Source of the DNA: Treponemataceae bacterium
GTDB taxonomy: Bacteria > Spirochaetota > Spirochaetia > Treponematales > Rectinemataceae
Assembly: GCA_963667725.2 (NCBI GenBank)
Contig: CAXXHO010000003.1
Coordinates: 2,297,766 to 2,361,765, forward strand
DNA: 64,000 nucleotides
Reading direction: 5' to 3'
The position numbers and the translations under genes are program-made. Positions 57,026-64,000 of this stretch are shown one piece after another; position 1 is the first letter of the stretch, and each line of letters opens with the position of its first letter. The notes beneath the pieces were generated by a model. The model searched no databases and was not told the DNA's origin. It saw nothing but the letters and a program-made list of their open reading frames with translations.

Positions 57026-60000
57026 GTAGCATGCCCTTCACCGAGAAATATCTCTCTCAGATTCCGGCGATAGCCCAACTCATCAACCTTGGGTACGAGT
57101 ACCTGACGCCCGAGGAGGCGCGGCACCAGAGAAACGGCAGGCTTGGGAATTTTCTGCTCGAAGGGATTGTGCGCGATCGGCTCAAAGAACTCAATCGTAT
57201 CCGATACCGCGGCGGCGAATACCGTTTCAGCGAAGAAAATATTCAATCAGCCGTACAACGTCTCAAGAACGTGAAATACGATGGACTGCAGCGAACCAAC
57301 GAGGTGATCTATGACCTCCTCACCCTTGGGTTTTCCGCCGAACAGACGATAGAAGGCAACACGAAGAGCTTCCCCCTCATCTACATCGATTGGGCACATC
57401 CCGAAGCCAACCGTTTCCATGTGACGGCGGAATTCCCGGTGGAGCGGGAGCGGAGCGACGAGACCGCGCGACCCGATATCGTGCTCTTCGTGAACGGCAT
57501 TCCCTTTGCCGTCATCGAGTGCAAGGCGCCGGGCGAGGATTTGAACCAGGCTGTCTCACAAATGCTGCGCAACCAGGGCGAGGAGTATATCCCCCGCCTC
57601 TTCGCCTATGTCCAGCTCGTTCTCGGCGTCAACAAGAACGGCGCCACCTATGCCACCGCGGGAACGCCGGCAAAGTTCTGGTCCATATGGAAAGAAATCG
57701 GCGGTAGGGATAAGGCTGTCGCGGAATCCATCCATCGGGTACTAAGCCCATCCGAAAAGACAGCCTTCTTCTCGGGTGACTTTGTCCGCGCAAGGTCCTG
57801 GTTCGAGGGACTCGAAGCCGAGGAACGGATGATCACCGACCAGGATCGGGCTATCCACAGTCTCTGCAGGCCGGAACGGCTCCTCGAACTCGCGTACAAA
57901 TTCACGGTGTTCGAGGCGGGGATCAAGAAGATCGCCCGCTATCAGCAGTATTTCGTCGTCAAATCCACCCTCGCGCGCGTTCTGGATTTCGATGGAGAGG
58001 GGCGAAGGAGGGGCGGCATCGTCTGGCACACCCAGGGCTCGGGCAAGTCGCTCACCCAGGTTATGCTCGCGCGAAGCCTCGCCCTGGGCTCGATCGCCCC
58101 AAATCCACGCATCGTCCTCGTCACCGACCGCGACGATCTGGACAAGCAGCTCGGCAACACCTTCGCGGCCTGCGGCCTCGCCCCGGCCAGGGCGACGTCC
58201 GGGAAAAACCTCCTCGAGCTCCTCGGCAGGGGCGAGGCCGCGATCGTCACCACCCTGATCCATAAATTCGCCAAAGCTTTGGAGGCGCAGAACTTTATCG
58301 ACGACTCCAGCGATGTTTTCCTCCTCGTGGACGAGGGGCACCGCACCAATTACGGCAGCTTTGCCGCCCGGATGCGCCAGATGTTCCCCCACGCATGCTA
58401 TTTAGGGTTTACGGGCACTCCCCTGCTCAAAAAGGAGAAGAACAGTTTCGCCAAATTCGGCGGCCTCATCGAACCGCATTATTCCATCCGCCAGGCCGTG
58501 GAAGACAAGGCTGTCCTTCCCCTCCTCTACGAAGGACGCCTCGTCGAGATGCGTCAGGACAAGGAAGCCATCGATCTTTGGTTCGAACGCCACACGGCGG
58601 GATTGAGCCCAGAGCAGAAGGCTGATCTCAAGCACAAGTACTCGCGCTCCGAGATGCTCCAGAAGGCCGAACGGGTCGTCTACATGAGGGCTTTCGACCT
58701 TTCGCGCCATTTCGCGGCGAACTGGAAGGGAACGCCTTTCAAGGCCCAACTCGTAGCCCCGAGCAAACTGACTGCTCTTCTCTATAAGGACTATCTGGAC
58801 GAATTAGGCGAAGTATCCTCCGAAGTCATCATCTCCCCGCCCGACGTACGCGAAGGTTTTGAGGAGGCCGAAGGGGAGCCGGAGGACAAGGTAGTGGCTT
58901 TCTGGCGGAAGATGATGCAGCGCTACGGTAAGGAAGAAGAGTACACCAAGTCTATCATCGATCAATTCAAATACGGGGAGGACCCCGAGATTCTCATCGT
59001 GGTGGACAAGCTCCTCACAGGTTTTGACGCCCCGAGAAACACCGTCCTGTATCTTTGCAGAACACTGAGAGAACACTCCCTCCTTCAGGCCATCGCGAGG
59101 GTCAACCGGCTCTGCGAAGGTAAGGAATATGGCTATATCGTGGATTACTCGGGCTGCCTGGGCGAACTGGACAAGGCCCTCACCATGTACGAGGCCCTCG
59201 AAGACTACGACGAGTCCGATCTGTTGGGCAGCCTGACCGATATACAGGAAGAAGTAAAAAAGCTGCCCCAACGCCACTCCGATCTATGGGATGTTTTTAA
59301 AACCATGCGGAACTCGGACGACGAAGAAGCCTTCGAACGCCACTTGGCCGACGACGCGAGGCGCGAAGAATTCTACAAACGTCTCACCGCTTATCTGAAA
59401 ACGCTCACGATCGCCTATTCTTCCGAACGCTTCCTCACGGAGACCAGCAAAGCGAAGCTGGATGAATATCAGACCGACCTGAGACGTTTCCAGAATCTCA
59501 AGTTCGCCGTACAGCGACGCTACGCCGAAGCGATCGATTACAAGGATTACGAACCCCGGATCAAAAAGCTTCTCGATACGCACATCTCCGCGGATTTGGT
59601 CACCCAACTCAATGAGCCGGTGAATATCTTCGATAATGTCGCTTTTTGGGAAGTGAAGGCGGAGCAGGGTGTCTATGGCGAAAACGCGGCCGGGGCAAAG
59701 GCGGACCGGATCGCCTATTCGACCAAGCACACGATCCACGAAAGGATGGGGGAAGATCCCGCATTTTACAAGCGCTTTTCGGCCTTGATCCAAGAGACGA
59801 TCGACGACTTCCGCGCCCAGAGAATTTCCGAGCTGGAGTATCTGGACAAGGCGACTTCAATCCGCGAAGCCGTGGAAACAAAGCGGCACGAGAATGCCCC
59901 CGAGCGGCTCGCCGGGCGGGACAACGCGCTGGCTTTCTATGGCGTAGTTATGCAGAGCCTCGCCCCCGACGGAAAACCCTCCGATGCCGCGCTGAATAGT

Positions 60001-60216
60001 TCCATCGATTCGGCTCTTGCCTTCGACGACATTCTCAAACGGCACTGGAAGGTGCATTTTTGGGACGATCCCGACGCGGAGAAACGTGTACGGAACGATA
60101 TGGACGATTTTCTCTTCGATGTCGTACGAGGTTCCTATGGTATCGAGCTCGCTCCTGATGCCATGGATACTGTCATGGACGAGGTATTGCGGGTCGCCCG
60201 GCATAGAATGCGATGA
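57022..60216 (+). CDS. hsdR: Type I R-M restriction subunit
   Basis: RPDIVLFVNGIP..IECK, WHTQGSGKS, VDEGHR, GFTGTP, LLTGFDAP, QAIARVNR. Confidence 0.97.
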   Translation: MSSMPFTEKYLSQIPAIAQLINLGYEYLTPEEARHQRNGRLGNFLLEGIVRDRLKELNRIRYRGGEYRFSEENIQSAVQRLKNVKYDGLQRTNEVIYDLLTLGFSAEQTIEGNTKSFPLIYIDWAHPEANRFHVTAEFPVERERSDETARPDIVLFVNGIPFAVIECKAPGEDLNQAVSQMLRNQGEEYIPRLFAYVQLVLGVNKNGATYATAGTPAKFWSIWKEIGGRDKAVAESIHRVLSPSEKTAFFSGDFVRARSWFEGLEAEERMITDQDRAIHSLCRPERLLELAYKFTVFEAGIKKIARYQQYFVVKSTLARVLDFDGEGRRRGGIVWHTQGSGKSLTQVMLARSLALGSIAPNPRIVLVTDRDDLDKQLGNTFAACGLAPARATSGKNLLELLGRGEAAIVTTLIHKFAKALEAQNFIDDSSDVFLLVDEGHRTNYGSFAARMRQMFPHACYLGFTGTPLLKKEKNSFAKFGGLIEPHYSIRQAVEDKAVLPLLYEGRLVEMRQDKEAIDLWFERHTAGLSPEQKADLKHKYSRSEMLQKAERVVYMRAFDLSRHFAANWKGTPFKAQLVAPSKLTALLYKDYLDELGEVSSEVIISPPDVREGFEEAEGEPEDKVVAFWRKMMQRYGKEEEYTKSIIDQFKYGEDPEILIVVDKLLTGFDAPRNTVLYLCRTLREHSLLQAIARVNRLCEGKEYGYIVDYSGCLGELDKALTMYEALEDYDESDLLGSLTDIQEEVKKLPQRHSDLWDVFKTMRNSDDEEAFERHLADDARREEFYKRLTAYLKTLTIAYSSERFLTETSKAKLDEYQTDLRRFQNLKFAVQRRYAEAIDYKDYEPRIKKLLDTHISADLVTQLNEPVNIFDNVAFWEVKAEQGVYGENAAGAKADRIAYSTKHTIHERMGEDPAFYKRFSALIQETIDDFRAQRISELEYLDKATSIREAVETKRHENAPERLAGRDNALAFYGVVMQSLAPDGKPSDAALNSSIDSALAFDDILKRHWKVHFWDDPDAEKRVRNDMDDFLFDVVRGSYGIELAPDAMDTVMDEVLRVARHRMR

Positions 60217-60896
60217 AGATGATCGATTTCGAATACCAGGTCGAATGGGTTGCGAGGAAAACCCTGGGCATCGCGGTTCAGCTGGACGGTTCCGTCCATG
60301 TCCGGGCCCCTCTCGGCACAGAACGCGGTCAGATCGAACGGCGATTGCTCGCGCGTTCGGACTGGATCAAGCGGCAAATAGATTATTTCCAGGGTTTCAA
60401 CCCGCGTTCAACCCCTCGAAGCTACGTGGCGGGAGAGAGCCATCTCTTCCTCGGCAAGTCGTATCGGCTGAAGATTTTGGATAGTTCGGAAAAGCCTGTC
60501 ACGTTACAAAGCGGGTGGCTCATGGTTTCCACTTCCGACCTTGATCCAATGACGATTAAAATCTTGCTTCAGCAATGGTACCGGAACCAAGCGAAGCGGA
60601 TTTTCCCCCCGCTATTAGAGCGAGAATGGAAGCGCGCTTTTCCCGGGGGAGGGATTATGCCGAGGTTGGTCGTCAAGACGATGGGGCGTCGCTGGGGAAG
60701 TCTCTCGCGCGGCGGGATCCTCACCCTCAACCTCGACCTCATCCGCGCTCCAAGGCATTGCGTCGAATATGTGCTTTGCCATGAACTCTGCCATCTCGAA
60801 CACAGGGATCATGGCCCCGAATTTTATGCTCGGTTGTCCCGCCTGATGCCCGATTGGGAAAAGAGAAAAGCGCGTCTGGAATCAACGTTAAAGTAA
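60213..60896 (+). CDS. M48-like/YgjP (DUF45) zinc metalloprotein
   Basis: RKTL.I.V, V.VRAP, GESH.FLG, RWGS, YVLCHELCHL..DH..FY. Confidence 0.9.
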   Translation: MKMIDFEYQVEWVARKTLGIAVQLDGSVHVRAPLGTERGQIERRLLARSDWIKRQIDYFQGFNPRSTPRSYVAGESHLFLGKSYRLKILDSSEKPVTLQSGWLMVSTSDLDPMTIKILLQQWYRNQAKRIFPPLLEREWKRAFPGGGIMPRLVVKTMGRRWGSLSRGGILTLNLDLIRAPRHCVEYVLCHELCHLEHRDHGPEFYARLSRLMPDWEKRKARLESTLK

Positions 60897-60930
60897 AGGG
60901 CCGTCCCTTTTAGAACGGCCCTCGCTTTTT
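60897..60930 (+). terminator. Hairpin between convergent R-M operon and eno
   Basis: AGGGCCGT-cccttttaga-ACGGCCCT-cgcTTTTT. Confidence 0.6.
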
Positions 60931-60971
60931 GCTAAACTAAGGTCATCTCGTTCAGAAGTCACTGTACAGAA

Positions 60972-62327
<1,356 letters not shown>

Positions 62328-62331
<4 letters not shown>

Positions 62332-64000
62332 GGCGCGTCAGTCTCCCATGGCCTCGACGCGGGAGCTTCGGCCGCGGGGACGGCCCGTGACCAGAAAAAG
62401 CCTTGCCCATAATCAAAACCTATAGCCTTTACATAGGCCACCTCTCGCTCAGTCTCAACGCCCTCGGCCACGGTGAGGAGACCAAAGCCCGAGCAGAATC
62501 GCACAAGCCCCTCGACGAGAACTCCAACAGAGGCCTCGTTGGCCGCTCTCTGAATAAGCGACATATCGAACTTTACGATATCGATGGGAAAGTCGAGAAG
62601 TCGTGAGTAGTTCGAATACCCCTTGCCAAAGTCGTCGATGGCGATAAGGCATCCGGCCGTCCGAAGCATCCTTACGACCTTGAGTTCCTCATCGGAAAGA
62701 TACCCCGTATCAGTCTCAAGAAGCTCAAGGATGAGTCTGCAGCCATGTTCGCGGGCCAGGGCTCCCCCTTCGACGGCTAGACTCTTAAATCCTTCTCTCC
62801 CTAAGTCGATGGCTCCGATGTTGACTGAAACCGACCCGAACCCGGACTTGATCCGTTCGATCGCGCGCGCCAACACGAAATCGGTGATCCCGCCCCAGTA
62901 CCCCGCGGATTTCGCCAGCTCCAGATAGGCGGAGGGCTCCTCCAGCTTTCCCGTATCCCCTCTCACTCGAAGGAGCGTCTCGTACCAGGCCCGTCGGCCG
63001 TCGGTCAGAGACAGCACAGGCTGAAAATGGGCCTCGAGACCTCCTTCACGGACGCATCGGGAGAGCGTGGCAAGCCGGGAGAAGGCGAGATCCACAGCCG
63101 CCGTATCCACAGAATCTTCGTGCCTATACACGCCATGGCGGCCTGATCCGCGCCAGAGGACAGCGCCCGCCTCGTTGAGCGCCTTGGCCGCCTTCCCATC
63201 CCTAAAAAAGGTATACCCAATGGAGTATTGAATCTCCACGTTCTTACCCTTCAATGCAACCGGGCCGCCGATGGAGGCATGGAATTCCTGGACATATCGA
63301 TCTGCCTTGGTTTCGTCCATTCCCTCCCAGGGCAACATGATACCCAAATCCCTCCCGTGGAGTTTGAAGCACCGACCTCCAAGCCTTCGAGTCGCGTCCT
63401 GGAGGCGGAAGGCCGCGTACACTACGATTTCATCGCAGAACTCATAGCCGAAGAACGCCGCGAGCTCATAGAAATTGTCTATCGATACGACACAGAGGAT
63501 GCCAACATCAGAGGTCCGCAGGGCCTCCCCCAAAGCGGCTGCGGTAGGCAGCCCCGTGGCTTCGTCTCTGACGATGCGGTATGCCTGAGCTTCGAGGTAA
63601 TGAACCATCTGCCTGTCTCTAAGGTAGCTAAGCGCGGCGACGATGGATGTGGCGGAGTGGAAGACTATGATATCGCTGGCAGAGAAGTCGCGCACCCACG
63701 AGGTCGTGATACCAGCTGCGGCAAGTACATTCGCCACGACGATGAAGAAGCTCGAGTAGAAGAGCCATAGCAGCTTCTGCCCGCGGGGAGAGAGAACTTC
63801 GACGATGGGCGGCATGGCGATGAGGAGGATAACGTACGTATGATGGCTGTATGGGGATAGAACAGCGACAAGGTAGGCTAGAGGATAGAGAGTAAGGACG
63901 AGATGGGAAAGAGAGGCCGATCTGCTTTCGGGAAGCGTTCAGCGATACGACCAGCCCGATGGTCAGGAGGACCTCGGCGATTGCCAACGAAACCAAATTG
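62328..64000 (-). pseudogene. Membrane-anchored degenerate-GGDEF + EAL c-di-GMP phosphodiesterase; apparent frameshift near 63908; 5' end outside window
   Basis: HFQP, YETLLR, SVN, ELLE, IDDFGKGYS, KFD, AEGVE; GGDEF replaced by HGRDL; TM-coding sequence switches frame between 63938 and 63902. Confidence 0.7.

Overview
GC-rich bacterial chromosomal segment, most likely from a free-living spirochaete (Spirochaetales). This is inferred from the grpE-dnaK-dnaJ operon, the rpoN-hpf-hprK-ptsH...lexA-holA gene order and a stand-alone DbpA RNA-binding-domain protein. Left to right: a translationally coupled cobamide salvage/remodelling operon (cobU, probable cbiR, cobS, cobD, cbiB); csoR-copA-copZ with a clear operator; a J-domain/Zn-finger gene pair; dnaJ-dnaK-grpE; rpoN-hpf-hprK-ptsH; ClC; lexA-holA-traB; ppaC; a GH36 glycosidase; pth; era; an aroD-aroE fusion; apbE; PAP2; tRNA-Leu(CAA); a secreted protein with a flavinylation motif beside a POTRA-less Omp85-like barrel; VIT1/DinB; an orphan 7TM histidine kinase; ackA; an ilvE operon; tandem aroQ genes (the second catalytically degenerate); a GT-A-fold gene divergent from a ROK/sugar-ABC operon; an AbrB plus CrtI-like oxidoreductase pair; a type I R-M locus (half-size hsdS, hsdM, dinD, AT-rich hsdS, hsdR, M48 peptidase); enolase; and a frameshifted membrane GGDEF/EAL gene cut by the window edge. 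No CRISPR array, integrase or transposase was seen. Best novelty candidates: (1) the ApbE/flavinylation-motif protein/Omp85-like barrel neighbourhood, (2) the active plus pseudo-enzyme AroQ pair, (3) the two-HsdS type I R-M locus with DinD, (4) the GT-A enzyme linked to a sugar importer, (5) a CbiR-like remodelling gene in a spirochaete. All calls come from motif recognition by eye; no database searches were run.
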